A DNA stretch of 64,000 nt, from assembly GCA_012295275.1 (NCBI GenBank), contig CM022679.1:2976001-3040000 (forward strand). Direction: 5' to 3'. The notes under the pieces were generated by a model, which was given only the letters and a program-made list of their open reading frames with translations, was not told where the DNA came from and searched no databases. Source of the stretch: Chrysomallon squamiferum. Its lineage: Eukaryota > Animalia > Mollusca. The position numbers and the translations under genes are program-made. This document shows, piece after piece, positions 49,815-64,000 of this stretch; position 1 is the stretch's first letter; the number at the start of each line of letters is the position of its first letter.

Positions 49815-52800
49815 ATGGTGGACGCAGCAGAAGGCCGTCTTCAGCGAATGGATGTGGACTATAGCTCCACAGTAGATGAAAAACTGCCTAAATGTGAAAA
49901 ACTCGCAAAGGTATATTAAATACTCACTTTGTCTTACAAAAATATGAAAGGTAGCTACTGGAATATTTCTAAAATGATTTTCTAATTTGCTTTGTCATAG
50001 TCAGTAAGTCAGTCATACTCAGTCATACTCAGTGATACTGGCGATACTCATACGAGTCATACTCGTAGTGTTTCTATTTCGTGATACGGTTATAAACAGA
50101 CGAGTGAAACTGAAAGTGACAGGAATACTGATAATCTAAGCACCTCATCAATAACTGTATAGTGTACATATATGACTATAATAATAAAAACATTGGATCA
50201 CAACACATAACTATTATTACAGAAAACTAATTTGAGTGATTTCAGAAAAAGTAATTTAAAATCGAATTTTTATCAGAATAAAATTTGAGAATATTTGTCC
50301 TTCATAATCTATGGAGAAATTGATTTGTTTCTGTCATTTTGCAACATAAATACTGAATATCTCACATAGCTTTAATCCAGTAAACATATATTACATATCA
50401 AAATGAAGCTTTTGATGAGTTCTAAAGCTGTACAGTAATTTTAAGCAAATTGCTAATTAATTGCACTAATTAGTCAAATGTACCTAACATCTTAATTATG
50501 TAATTCTCAAAAACTCCTTAGAAATTAAACCAATATACAAAAAGATCATTTTTCAAGACTACTTGTAGAATTGTAGTGGTCTTTACATATTTAAGCATTT
50601 TGCTAATTTGCCTTAGTCCTTCATTATATACAATGCAGATCTACCATTTCATAAAAATAAAACCAAAATGGGCATGAATCATATCTGAAAATTGATAGGT
50701 TTAGAAGCATCATACCACATATTGAGATTCCTATCATGTCACATAAATACTCAGTAACTCAGTAGAATAAATAGAACATTGAACTTGTAAGATACCTGGC
50801 TGTGTCTGCATCATTTTCATTTATCATTTGCTGAGAACACTACTCATTTTGGTATCCAAAAATAACTATCTGTTTCCCTAAATATTTGTTTGAAATTTGG
50901 CAGTCTAGTCTATGTCAGAAATGCATAGAATTTGGATATATACACTGTCTTTGTTAATTTTTTGGCTTTAACTTAAATTTTCTTTTGATATTTGTTTATG
51001 TATTTATAAACCAATTATATATATATATTTATTTAAAAAATTTTTTTTTTTGTTGTACAGATTTCAGTTTTGACTTGCAAAAGTAATATTTTTATCTTTG
51101 TTTTATTTTGCAGCAAGGCAAACTAACAGAGGCACTTGAAATCCTCTTGTCTTTAGAAAAACAGACAAGAACTGTACGTAAATAGTTTATTTATATTTAG
51201 AAAATATTCTTGAATTTATTGTTATTATTATTATTTAATTTTTTATAATATATTTATAATGTAGAACATTAAATACAGAGGAAGATGGGAGTTGTTGACA
51301 GAGGGAGGTACCACTTTTGAAATAAAGAGGCCATTATTCAGAATGAAATTGGTTTTATTTTATATTAAATAATTGGTCATCATTCTTAAGAGAGAAAAAT
51401 GTATGAAAGTGTGTGTTTACTGTTTTCACTCTGTTCTCATTACTTCAGGCATCAGACACACATTCCACAGGCCGTATTTTAGTAGCTATTGTCAAGCTTT
51501 GTTTTGAAAGTAAAAACTGGGATGCCTTGAATGAAAATATCGTCTTGCTCACAAAAAAGCGTGGCCAGATTAAACAGGTTAGTTACTTTATTTACAATGT
51601 TTCTTTGTCTCACATTTCCTTGCTAATATTTAAAATCTAACTTTTGTATGCTGCAGCACTTCATAAATGTAACATTAATCACTTAATCTTAGAAGCCATC
51701 CCTTTTTTATGATGTGATTTTGTAATTATAATTACATTAGCAGTTCACACAGATAAGAATTTTAGCAGCTAACTACTAAGTGAAATTTTAATTTTAATAA
51801 TTGTATTTTCTTTATCATGGTTTTAAACATTTGCTAAAGTGATAAAATATTTCTCATATATTTTTAGTAATCCACACTTGTAGTGGTATAATATTCACTT
51901 GTATACAAATTCATCATTTCATTATTGATTTTTTTTTTTTTACAGGCAGTCACAAAAATGATTCAAGAAGCCTGCAGTTATGTGGACAAAACCCCAAACC
52001 TGGACGTGAAATTAAAACTGATTGATACCCTGAGAACTGTTACTGCAGGAAAGGTTTGTGATTGTCAAAAACCTTATTTATTTTATTATTATTATTTTTT
52101 TAACTGGTCTGTTAGGTCACATCAGTTAATTGTCTCTTATCAGATGCTGAATATCAGCATTTAGTATCATAAGTCTTCAGAGCAAATCTCCTTTATTTTT
52201 CCATTAGCAGCAAAGAAGTTTTTAGATGCACTGTCCAATAAAAAGGATATCACATACCTTAACACTTGGTTTTAATGATGAAGTACATGTTGGAACCAGA
52301 AATGACCTAAACTGATTATATATCAGAAATGCCCTTTCCATATCAACAACTTTTATGTGAATGACTTTGAATGAATCTCAAACTAAATGTAATTTATCAA
52401 AAATGAAAAATTATTAAATTCTAAAAATGTTATTATAATTAGTTTTGTAAATTATTTTTATATTTATTTCTTTACAGATATATGTAGAGATAGAAAGAGC
52501 TAGACTGACAAGAACATTAGCAAAAATCAAGGAGGATGCTGGGAAAATATCTGAAGCTGCTTCCATTTTACAAGAACTTCAAGTAAGTTTGTATATACAT
52601 TTATATTCAGATAGATATAGAGTAAAGCATTATTATTTAGACAGTATACTTTGAACAAACAAAATTGTTTGGAAAATGTAATAAGTACATATATTTGCTT
52701 TCAGTGGAATCACATAATTATAACACAGTTTAACAGTAAAAAATACTTTAAACAACTGATCAGTAAATGATCACTAGACTGCTACCATTGCCGTGTTCTG

Positions 52801-55667
52801 GATATGGTAATGAAATGCTTATTGTTAACAATTAATATAAATTATGGATTTAATATCAATGCAGTAACTAAAATGTGAATAAAATTATTAAATTAATGTT
52901 AAAAAACCTGAGCTTTTAATAAAAATAAAAGAATAAAATGGAAATGTTTTATGGAACAATACGTTACAAATTGAACTCTGGCACAACACATAATAATGTT
53001 TGTCACATTATGAAGCATGATGTGAACACTGTGTAAGTTACCAAGGATCTGCAAGTCTTAAGTAACATTCATGTCATCAAAGCAATGTCAAGATCACTTC
53101 TTTAGCAATTAACAAATAAAATAACCTTTCAATTTATCCTTTATTGATCCAAGGGCTGTGTTATACATCTCATTTTAACAAAACTTGCTTTCTTTAATTG
53201 AAAGTGGGATTTATTATTAAAAAAAAAAATTTTTTTTTTTTTAATTAGGTGGAAACTTTTGGTTCAATGGAAAAAAAGGAAAAGGTGGAGTTTATTTTAG
53301 AGCAGATGAGACTGTGTCTGGCTAAGAAAGATTACATCAGAACTCAGATCATAAGCAAGAAAGTCAGCATTCGCTACTTTGAGGACAAAGACACCACTGT
53401 GAGCATTCAGCAACCAAATATTCTTTTTAAATAAACCCCTCTCGTAATTATTATAAAAAATATTTTAAAAATATACATCCTATAATTAACATAAATGTTA
53501 TTTTAAAATATACATACTGTAATGAACACAAATAATATTTTAAAAACTACATCCTATAATTAATATAACTTATTGAAAATATACATACCATAATTAATAT
53601 AAATATTTTTAAATATACATCCTACAGTTAACAAGGTTGTTGACTCATAATTTATAGAAGAAAATATAATTTTCTGTTATGTTCGAGTTGATCTGTATCC
53701 TTTTTTTTGTTCTATGTGTTGACATCAAAACTTTTGAAAATTATTTTGTGTTTTATACGAACTATTGCTAAGAGAAAATATATAGTTATCTTCCAAGATT
53801 TTCTCTGCAGGATCTGAAGTTAAAATTCTACCAACTGATGATTGAGCTGGGTGAACATGAAGGGTCTTATTTAGCCATTTGTAAACATTACCGAGCCATT
53901 TACGACACACCACAGGTCCAGGAGAACAAAGAGAAAATGAAAGAGGTAACAATGTTCACTTGCTTCTGTGTTTATCTGTACATATTAACTGAGTCATTTT
54001 TCATCATTCATTTGTATGGAGGCTTTTTTTCTGTTTTGCAATTCAGACATATGCTCAAGAAAATGAAAGTGGATTTATAAAATACTGATTTATTTTTTTC
54101 ATCTTTATGACTCAACCATGGCTCTTCAAAATGTTACGATAAATTCATACTTCAGTTCTCATGAGCTATACTACACAGTACACCAGTTTTATCCTTGGAT
54201 ACATGGTTCCAGCACCTCCATCACACAACACGGGCAAAAACTAAGGATGCTCAGGAAACATGTATTTTAACCCAAGATCATATTCATAACGTAAAATCCC
54301 ATTTATAGCTACTGCTAAGAATTGCTGTAAACCATACTGACAACGGTATTCTAGTAAATTGTATGCCACCATACAAACAACATCTGCAATAGTGTAATTT
54401 CATATTGATATTGACGAAGTATTTTGTGTTTGTTGTCACAGGCACTGAAGTGTGTGGTGCTGTACCTGATTTTAGCTCCATACGACAACGAGCAGTCAGA
54501 TCTGATACACAGAGTGAAGGAAGACAGAAACCTGGATGAAATCCCTAAATATAAGTATGTACAAAAAATGTCAACAATTTAAAAATAAAATAGTTTTTTT
54601 TGGGTTTTTTTAGTTTTTTTTATTTTGTTTTAATTTTTTAATTTAATTTAATTTAATTTAATTTAATTTTTTTTTATTTTTTTAATTTTTATTTTTTTTT
54701 ATTTTTTTTTTTAAACAAAATTTTAAAAAATATTTGTATTTTGTTTTGTCTTTGTTGCTTATTAATAATTTGTTTGGATAAGGATTACAAGAATGTCACT
54801 CCTGCTGTAATCATTAAAGAAATTAAAACATTTTTTTTAATTAATTACTTTGCTTTTCTAATTTTTCTAATTTACAGAAACCTAAAACTTTCTCATTTTC
54901 TTTTTTTTACTATTCAGTATTTTTATATTATTTCATCATTTGTAAAATATTGTTTTTATGTTTATTAATTTGACAAGCTGTAAAATTATTATCTAATTAA
55001 AAGTAAGACCTATATGTTTAATAAAATACCTTCACTGTGTCTTTTTCATTAAAATAATCACTGAATTATCATTTCTGTAATAATGACTATTATTGCAAAG
55101 TTACTCAATTTTCTCTTTCCTTCTTTTTATCTCTGTCAATCTTTATGTCTTTCTCTTGGTGTCTGGCTTTCTCTAACTTACCTTTTTAATCTTCCCTTCT
55201 TAAATACATTTGTTAGTCTAAGAATATATGTTTATACATTTCTCTTTTATTTGATGATAACTCTTTCAGGGAGCTGTTAAAACATTTTACAACTCAAGAA
55301 CTGATAAACTGGAAGCAGCTTTGTCAGACTTTTGAATCTGAGTTGAAGAATGGAACTGCCAACAATCCACCAACACACGTGTTTAATTCCAAGTCTGAGG
55401 GTGGAGTCAAACGGTGGCAGGATTTGAAGAACAGAGTTGTTGAACATGTAAGATTGTCTCTTACTTCTTGTCAGCTTTGAACAGTTGTTTTTAAAAGAAT
55501 TATGTGGGAGTATATACTTCACAAAGTAATAATTTGTTGATTTGGCTTAATAGTGTTTTTGTTTTTCTTTGACAGAACATCCGAGTGATGGCAAAGTATT
55601 ACACGCGAGTGCGAATGAGGAGAATGGCTGAACTACTCGACCAACCAGAATCTGTAAGGAATTTATT

Positions 55668-55702
<35 letters not shown>

Positions 55703-56281
55703 TTCTCAGTTTTATTTGTTTCTTAACCTGTGCCGTCATTAGTATAACATGTTTTGTTTAACACAGTCATTGTGTTACATCTTTATTTCTCTGGTAGTGC
55801 TAACATTCTAAATATATGTTGAATATATGTATATCTCTGATCTCTGATGATGATTTTGCAGTAAAGTTGTTCAGTTATCTTTCTCAGTCTTTGTGCCTGT
55901 CATCCTGTGTTTCTGTCTGTCACAAATATACATACTTACATACATATACACACATACACACACAGAGGCATACACTCACAACAAACACACACAACAATAT
56001 ACACACTCACATAAACAATGAACCTATATTGTTGTTACTGCTGTATAACGCATATTTGTTATAATTTACAGGAAACGGAAGACTTTCTGTCAAATTTAGT
56101 TGTAAACAAGACGGTGTCAGCAAAGATAGATCGTCTCGACGGAATTGTTAGTTTCCAGTCACACAAAGATCCTAACGACATTCTCAACGAGTGGTCTTAC
56201 AAACTGAATGACCTCATGCAGCTTGTTAACAAAACCAACCACCTCATCAACAAGGAAGAGATGGTCCACAGAATCCACTGA
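49815..56281 (+). CDS. PSMD12: 26S proteasome non-ATPase regulatory subunit 12 (Rpn5), 11 exons, 453 aa
   Basis: Exons 49815-49910 ([25 protein letters not shown]), 51114-51173 ([10 protein letters not shown]), 51449-51577, 51946-52053, 52478-52582 ([11 protein letters not shown]), 53249-53398 ([23 protein letters not shown]), 53811-53945, 54442-54554 ([11 protein letters not shown]), 55270-55447 ([12 protein letters not shown]), 55576-55653 ([12 protein letters not shown]), 56072-56281 ([20 protein letters not shown]). Total 1362 nt, in frame. Confidence 0.97.
53460..53632 (+). repeat. Five diverged ~35-38 bp tandem units in PSMD12 intron 6
   Basis: ttttaaaatatacatcctataattaacataaat variants. 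Confidence 0.75.
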
Positions 56282-56529
56282 ATCCACCATCACCCACCCA
56301 TCCCGCTACAAATTTTGCATTCATAAAATTGTAAGATACATGGAGAAAATACAGTTTGTATTAGAACTGTTATTTAATGTGGCATTTTTAAGCTTAAAAC
56401 AGTTTTCTCTTGACTCCATAAAATTTGTTATTTGTTTCTTGGGAAGTTATTCAGTCGTTTCTTGGAAGGCAGATTTGTATAGGTTTAAAAAATATTAAGT
56501 TTCTAAGTTAACAGAAGTGGAAATTTATA

Positions 56530-56635
56530 GTAAAAATGTTAATTATATAAAACATTTATTTATGGTAAAAATATTAATTATATAAAACATTTATTTATGG
56601 TAAAAATATTAATAATATAAAACATTTATTTAGTA
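56530..56635 (+). repeat. Three ~34-35 bp tandem units downstream of the PSMD12 stop codon
   Basis: gtaaaaatattaattatataaaacatttatttat occurs three times. Confidence 0.85.
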
Positions 56636-59600
56636 AGTTTTCATGTCCGCTTGTTCCACAAAATTATATCATTATTTGATTACAAAGACTGGGTTTTTAG
56701 TTTGGGAAAATTTTACAGTTTAGAAGTAATAATGAACTAGTTGATAACTTTAAGTTTTAAATATTCTGTTATTTAAAGTATCACACTATTATTTATTATA
56801 TAAATTAATTTGGTTCATTACTGTTATTATTTATTAATATTTTTTAAATTTATTTATCACTGATAGTTTATCACGATTTATCAACAATACTTTATTATTA
56901 TCTTTGTTCTGTTGTAACGAAGTAGCACATTTGAGATTTTCAGATTTTAATATGTAGCTGTTTTGCTTATTAGCATTCACTTCCAGTAATCCGTCTGGGA
57001 GAAAGAATATGAATGTCATTATTGTATTTTCAATATTTTTCTTGTTATTCTTGGATTATCATTAGGTGTTTTTGTTTTTTGGAAGGGGGGTTATATCAAA
57101 AAATTTGGCCAACTACTGTTCTAGATAAAAAGTATGCTGCATTAATTTTGTGTTTTATTATTATTTCTATTATTTAGCTTTCTCCTTACTTTATAAATTT
57201 ACAAAACATTTTATCTTGTGCTAATAGCTGTCATATATTTAATAATAATTCAATAATTCTGAGATGCATGGAGAAACTTGCAGCAAGTCTTACCAAAGAT
57301 TTGCATGCACCATGATCTAGATTAAACTGGTTGGGTCAGGTGCATACTTTATTCTTTCTCCAGAAGACTGTACTCGAGTGATTCCTAAAATGGGAATTGT
57401 TAACCACTTGTGGGGACTGGAAATGTTCCAAGACAGATAATTAATATTAGTTACATTACCTTTCACTACTAGGTGAGCACAGGAAATCAAAATTATTTGC
57501 AGGTTTGGGGAAAGTTTTGAGATGAAAGTACAGAATTGAGGGTACAATAATTTAAAACAAGTGACTCACTGATATACCTCTTACATTCAGAAAGAATTAA
57601 CAGGTTAACTGTATTCAAGCAACATTATCAACTTTTAGAATTTCACTTTTACACACTAATAGAGATACTGAAAAAGAAAACTGATGCGGTCTCTCCACAA
57701 ACTACTTTTACTTACTGACAGCAAATTATCTTTTACAAGTATCATCCCACAGAAAATACTTTTATACACTGATTAATTCAGAGAGTTGACTATGCAGTCA
57801 CTCTTCTGATTATGGGAAGTTTTTAAAATCTGCTTACAGTGGAAATCACCTCTCAGAATAGTTGTATATTAAACATTAAATATTAACTGTGTTGAGAAGT
57901 CATGTTTTCAGATTTACTGTTGATGTTATTTGTGATAGAACATGTTTATTTCCAACTTTATTCTTCTGTTTTTTTAAAATAAACTAAACTCTACATGTTA
58001 AAATAAACAAGACTGTTGAAGGTGTTTTCTGTCATCATCCCTTTCTGTCAAATGAAAAGGTAACCTGAGAAACCATCTGTGAAACACAACACAGCCAACA
58101 TTTACTATACAGCGTTGTTGGCTTGGAATCAGATATTTATAAACAATAACAAATAACTTTCACCAAAGAACTTTGTAAATTGTCATTATATTTATTAAGC
58201 CTCCGTGATTATATATATATATTTAATATTTTATATATTTGATTAGAAATATACATCTGATGTGAACAAAATGGCCGGATACATTAAAACATTTCTCCAT
58301 TCGAGTATCAAATTTTACAATAAACTAGATTCAGTGAACTTCTATTTATATATAAATTATTAAAAAATGTGAACTAACAGTTGTAAAAAAAAATACAGTA
58401 AACATTAGCCAGTTTCACATTTCAAAACATGCTATTTTACACAATTCCTATTTGGTTTCATAATATACACCCCATTAAAATTATCATCAAAATGTATTTT
58501 TTAAATTAATTTTCTTTTAAAAAAAAAAAAACAACACTTAACGGAATAACCAAATGGTGTAATGTAACATCTGATTTCAAATTATCTTACTTTTTGTTAG
58601 CACCATTTTAACAACTTAAAAAAAAAAAAAAATAACACTTTTTCTGAACAAATTCTGATATTTTTGATGGGGAGTATATTTTATTTTAATTTCATGCATA
58701 TGAGCGTGTGAATACTGTTGTAATTATACCCTTGTAAACTTACACAAATGTACTCATGTAAAAGATATAAAATTAAAAAAATTGTTTTTGTATATTAAAA
58801 TTATTTAGTAACATTTTTTTAACAATTATAAGTCTTTAGGCACTTCATAGAAAATACTTTTATGTTTAAATACCAAAACATTAACGTTTATAAAAACCCT
58901 GCATAAAATGAAAACAAAAGTATGTGAAAAATCTTTCAGAAATAATGCCAGTTTGCATAAACAGCATTTTATGAACCATTTATTTTTATATATATATATA
59001 TTTTTTTTTAGCTGTATCTCAAAAATAAACAACAAAAAAACAAACAATTAAAATATGAAAAAAGACAAAAGATCAAACAAATAGCATTCAACTTAGAACA
59101 CAGCAGATAACAAAATAAATTTCAAACTGTAACATGTTCCAGGTCTTTTTTGCTATTTTTTTTTTTTTAATACAAAAATCACAGAATTAAGTTATAAGGA
59201 ATATTAAGAATTACAGTACAAATTTTGAGAACACAAAACTACCATTGAAAATCTGAATCATAAAAAAGTGACAATTATAAAATTAAAAAAAGAAAAATGA
59301 TGAATTCATGCAGTGTTAGGTGCAAACTTTATCATAAACAATTAAGAAATAATTAGGCCATTAATGAAACAGTTGTCATAACAACACTTTTAAACCACTG
59401 TATATACACATAATTTGTAAACATTACATCCACATGCATTACGTTACATAAGAAACATGTTTTAATTCAAGACCCAATAAAACCAGTTTTCCTTATTACT
59501 TACCACTGAAACTCAGTATAATTACATTTTATTTAAGTTACATTCTATTAAATAAATTAGACAAAATTTATCACATGGAATATTATGCAAATCATCCTTA

Positions 59601-59853
59601 TTTGCATACATTAAGAATATTTTTGTTGTTGCAAAATATTGCAAATATGTACAAATGTGATGAATTATTTAAAAAACTGATGCTATTTAATAAAACATTG
59701 GATGAATGATTTAAAAAGTGATCTATTAATGATACAGCTGAAATTACACTGATGAAGCAAATGAATAAAAGTTATGAAAGGGAAATTAAAAACAAAACTG
59801 ACAGTATTTACAATTTGAAATCAAATACCCTGCTACATATGTATATATATGTG

Positions 59854-59893
<40 letters not shown>

Positions 59894-62863
59894 TACATAT
59901 ATTGAAATGGAATGTCACCCTTAATGGAAAAGAATGAAAGGTTTTCATTACACATAATCCTTGTGATAGTTATTTCCACTATCACTATTTAGTTCAAATT
60001 CAAGTTAGAAATCTGAATATTATGCTAAAACATTTAATTTGAATCTGTTTCAGTAAATTTAAATTAATTAAACTGTTAGACAAACTTATCTTCCTCTTGA
60101 ACACATCAAAACAGGATATATAAATATAAACATTTTTGATACTATATTTCTGGAAGGAAATAACAGTTAAATATATTAAAAACAATTAGTATTAATTGTA
60201 TATATATTCGAAAACAAATAATTTTGACATTATTTTACTGAATGTTTTGATTACCTTTTGGTCAGAATTATAATACCATGACATTTTTGTCTGTATCCAA
60301 ATATATCACAGATACAAGGGCTTTACAATAATTTTCATATTAATAACTATAGTTGTGCCTGAACCAATATCTCAAAAAAACAACAAAAAAACAAAAACAA
60401 TTAAAAAACTGTTTTGTTCACAACCAGGTTACAATGAGCATTATATATATATGTGTAAGTATGTATGTATATACATATATATATATATGCATATATACAT
60501 ACATACACACAAACACACATACATACATACACAAGGCACAGTGTGGCAGAAACATTAACTCCAGAAAGACTGAAATGTGAAGGCACTCAGTCTCTCTCTA
60601 TATATATTTTATTAATCTGCAACTAAAAATAATAATAATAATTTAAAATAATCAATAAAATAAATATATAAACAATTAACGGTTATCATCAGATTAAACA
60701 AATTAAAAATAAACAATAAAACAAAAAGGAGAGAACCAGTAAAACTGTAATGTTGCTTGTCTATCACATTGTTACCGTAACAACAGAAGTGTTTCGTATC
60801 ACAGGAAGTCTGTGAATGCAAAGTTCCATCCATGTGGAATGTTATTTCAGCTTGGCAACACAAGATGTTTGATTAATAAACATAGTAAAAAAAAAAAGAA
60901 TTAAAGTAGTTACTACACTAGGGTTTATTATAGTTCTTAAATTATCAAGACAAAAAAGGTTCATGTATTTGCTTTCTAAGAAAATAGTTGATGGGGTGAA
61001 TGTGTGGAAAATGTGTTTTGAAAAACTCTTAACTGATAAATCTTTTTTTTATTTTTTATTTTGTTTTTTTTGATTGTTAATAATTCAGATTTTTTTGAGA
61101 CAACCCACTTGTTTATAAATACACACACCATAATATATTGTTATTATCTTTTAAAATAAACAATATGATCTGCATTTTTATATATATATATACACATTAA
61201 AGAACCATCATTTGGGGATTTTGTGAACAACATGGTGGTGACTTCATGGGAGCAGATTTATGAAACAGTCTAACTGACTAACGTACTAACAGTCTGTGAT
61301 GTCATTTCTACACTGATACAAATAATATTAACTGTACAATATTAAAACATTCTAATTAACATATATATTAATATAATTAATGGTACTAATTAAATATGCA
61401 TCAAAAATTATGCAAGCAGTACAATCGTTTGATGTGTGAATGACAAAAAGAAAATGAACACTGGTATTAATAAATGAAAACTTATAAAAACAATTTGTTA
61501 CTAAATAAGCTGCACCATGCAGAAAGGCACAAAATTAAAATACAAAATTAGAAATTAAAGAAATGAAACAACAAATGAAATGTCAGAAAAATTATTTAAA
61601 ATACAAAATACATTCTCTCCCAGCAAAAACAACCTCACTAATTGAAAAGCAAAATTAAATATGTAATGAAAAGACATGATTTATCTAAATAAATAAATAA
61701 GTAATATCTAAACACTAGAAAACAAAAATAATAATAATAATAAAATAAATAAAAAAAAACAAACAAGAAAACTCATTTCTTTTTCAGTTTTTGAATAATG
61801 CATTGATTATTTTCTGGAAAAGACCAAGATTTATGGGTTCAAAAAGTAATAATAATAAATAAATAAATAAATAAATGCATTTTTAAAAAAATGATTAAAA
61901 TGAGTGTTGACTATAGTATAAAGAATTATTATTTAAAAAACATCTATTAAATAAAAATTTTGACAAAAGTCATGATTCACCTGGACTTTATAACAATGAT
62001 TTTAGCAAATATTTTGATTAATTACATGATTATGACTTTTTTCCTTAGCACTGTGACCATTATTATTTTTTAATTTTTATTTACTTACCTTTTTTTCTCA
62101 AAAATGTCTGTTTTTCATAATTTTGATGAGTAGATCATTATTTTGTGTACAAATTAATAGCTTTAATGCAAATAACAATTTAATAATAATAATAATAATA
62201 TAAATCTTAAACTTAAATTTAAATTTTTCTAATGATAAGATTTAATAAAAATGATTTTTAAAAATCACAAATTTAATTATCTTGCCAGTGAGAACAACAA
62301 ATATTCAGTGCATATTCACATTAAATTGTAATTGCAACGTTATAAAGTATAGATTAGGAGACATGAATTCAAAGAACACATCAAAAAGTGAACAATACCA
62401 AACTGGAAAAAAGAATTAAAATGCAACCCAGTAAGGTGCATTAATTTTATAAAAAATTAGAAAAATTAGAATTTCTTAAGCAATCAGATTTTTAAAACAT
62501 TTTTTTCAATTTGTGTATTATTTGAAAATGTTTTGATACACAAAGTGAAATAAATCAGATTAGTCAAGAATAACAAAGTGCAATAACTCTAAATAGTTAT
62601 TAAAAAGAGGCAGACAATCAAAATAAAGGGACATTAATCAGTCAGGAAAAAGAGAAAATTAAAATAAATCTCAGGGGCGGATAATCATCAAGGCACTATG
62701 ACATCACATACATAAAAACATGATCCTGGATTTCTCAAGATTTTCTGAGTACTGAAATTATCAACTTGTAGATGTTTTGTAAGTGAACTAAGTAATTACA
62801 AGATTCCCAGAGACAGTGATGTTAAATCTGTTTATCTGTTGCATTGGATTCCTGAGCAGTCTT

Positions 62864-63150
62864 CTAGTAATATTTGCGAGAATTCCTTGGTTGGTCATTC
62901 ATGTGACCATATTTAGTGCTCTTGTCTGGAAGGAGGAAAAAAGAACAAAGACAGTTATTATTTTTATTTAATTTAGATTTTTAAATGTTTAAAATAAGTG
63001 CAAATGTTTTTAGTTGTAAAATATTTAAACTGTCATGATAAATGTTTACAGTATTTTAATAAAATAATTCATTAATAAATAAATGAATGAAAAAGCTATT
63101 AATAATTCATTAACTAACCAACTTAATAAATACACAAGAAAACAGTTCTA

Positions 63151-63190
<40 letters not shown>

Positions 63191-63484
63191 ACTATTTTCA
63201 GCAATATATATAAAATTCAAAATATTTATTTTCACATTTCTCTGCTTGTAATATAGTAATAACTGTTTATGTATAAAACAATTATAATGATACAGAACAT
63301 TCAGTCAAATGTTTTATCTTTAATGTACATTACGAAAACAGCAAGAAGTTATTATTAAACAAAATTTAGTTTTATAAAGTGAGAAAAATAAAAAATAAAA
63401 TCCATTAACCCATTCTGTAATTTAATTATATTAATAAATTATATTTTTCACATACTGTCATATATATAAATATAGATTCAAGCA

Positions 63485-63521
<37 letters not shown>

Positions 63522-63680
63522 TGTTTATAGTATTTACTAAATGTGGAAAGATACAGCCATAACTAAAGTATACAAGCTTCTTTTAATATGGCCAAATCAG
63601 TATCTACTGGAAATAAATACATAGCAGTATTAGTAAAATGCAGTCACTATATTAATATAGACAAGTTATGTATGTGTGAG

Positions 63681-63722
<42 letters not shown>

Positions 63723-64000
63723 CTGTTTCTGTGTTAATAATGTGCATGTTTGTATATATTCATGTTTGTGTGTGTGTGTGTGTGTATGCATGCAAGTATT
63801 CATTTGTGTTTATCTATACATCTCTTAACCTACCTATCTACATATAATAATTTCTATATCTAATGCAATAAAAAAATAAAAAAATAAGAAGAATTATATA
63901 ATAATAATAATGATGATGGTGATGATGATGATGATATACTTATTACATTACTAACACAAAAAGAAAAAATAACAGACTTACTTGCAGTTACACACAGAAC
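62864..64000 (-). CDS. Last two coding exons of an unidentified minus-strand gene; C-terminus ...VLCVTA/NKSTKYGHMNDQPRNSRKYY*
   Basis: A donor gcaa|GTAAGT ends the exon fragment 63982-64000. A strong acceptor tttttcctccttccAG opens 62925-62864, which ends in TAG. The phase-1 junction is compatible. Confidence 0.55.
63684..63720 (+). repeat. (GT)n microsatellite, with an opposing (CA)n at 63488-63519
   Basis: Dinucleotide runs read directly. Confidence 0.9.

Noticed and set aside
52272-52320. Box C (ATGATGA) and box D (CTGA) with a short terminal stem, suggesting a snoRNA
   Set aside because: It is only ~45 nt, too short for a C/D snoRNA, and it overlaps a decayed repeat.
55076-55940. Weak similarity between PSMD12 introns 8 and 10 (YLCQSLCLS vs YLSQSLCLS in the ORF track)
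   Set aside because: It is short, pyrimidine-rich and non-coding, and cannot be distinguished from a decayed repeat or chance.

Overview
AT-rich (roughly 25-30% GC by eye), intron-rich animal genomic DNA. An invertebrate, probably a mollusc, is my inference. I reconstructed the exons by hand from GT/AG sites and reading-frame continuity. Contents in order: (1) the 3' part of a PTPN13-type FERM-5xPDZ-tyrosine phosphatase gene (+, 365-20650); (2) a ~10 kb non-coding foldback or palindromic element (~25990-36020) with >2 kb modular inverted arms and an internal ~490 bp tandem array; (3) a complete PITPNC1/RdgB-beta gene (-, 42003-47490) with an 8-nt microexon; (4) a 7SL/SRP RNA gene (48952-49250) inside the divergent promoter region; (5) a complete PSMD12/Rpn5 gene (+, 49815-56281); (6) the last two coding exons of an unidentified minus-strand gene. 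The most striking unexplained patterns are repeated tandem duplications anchored exactly on splice junctions (at least six cases, creating decoy splice sites) and the large foldback element.
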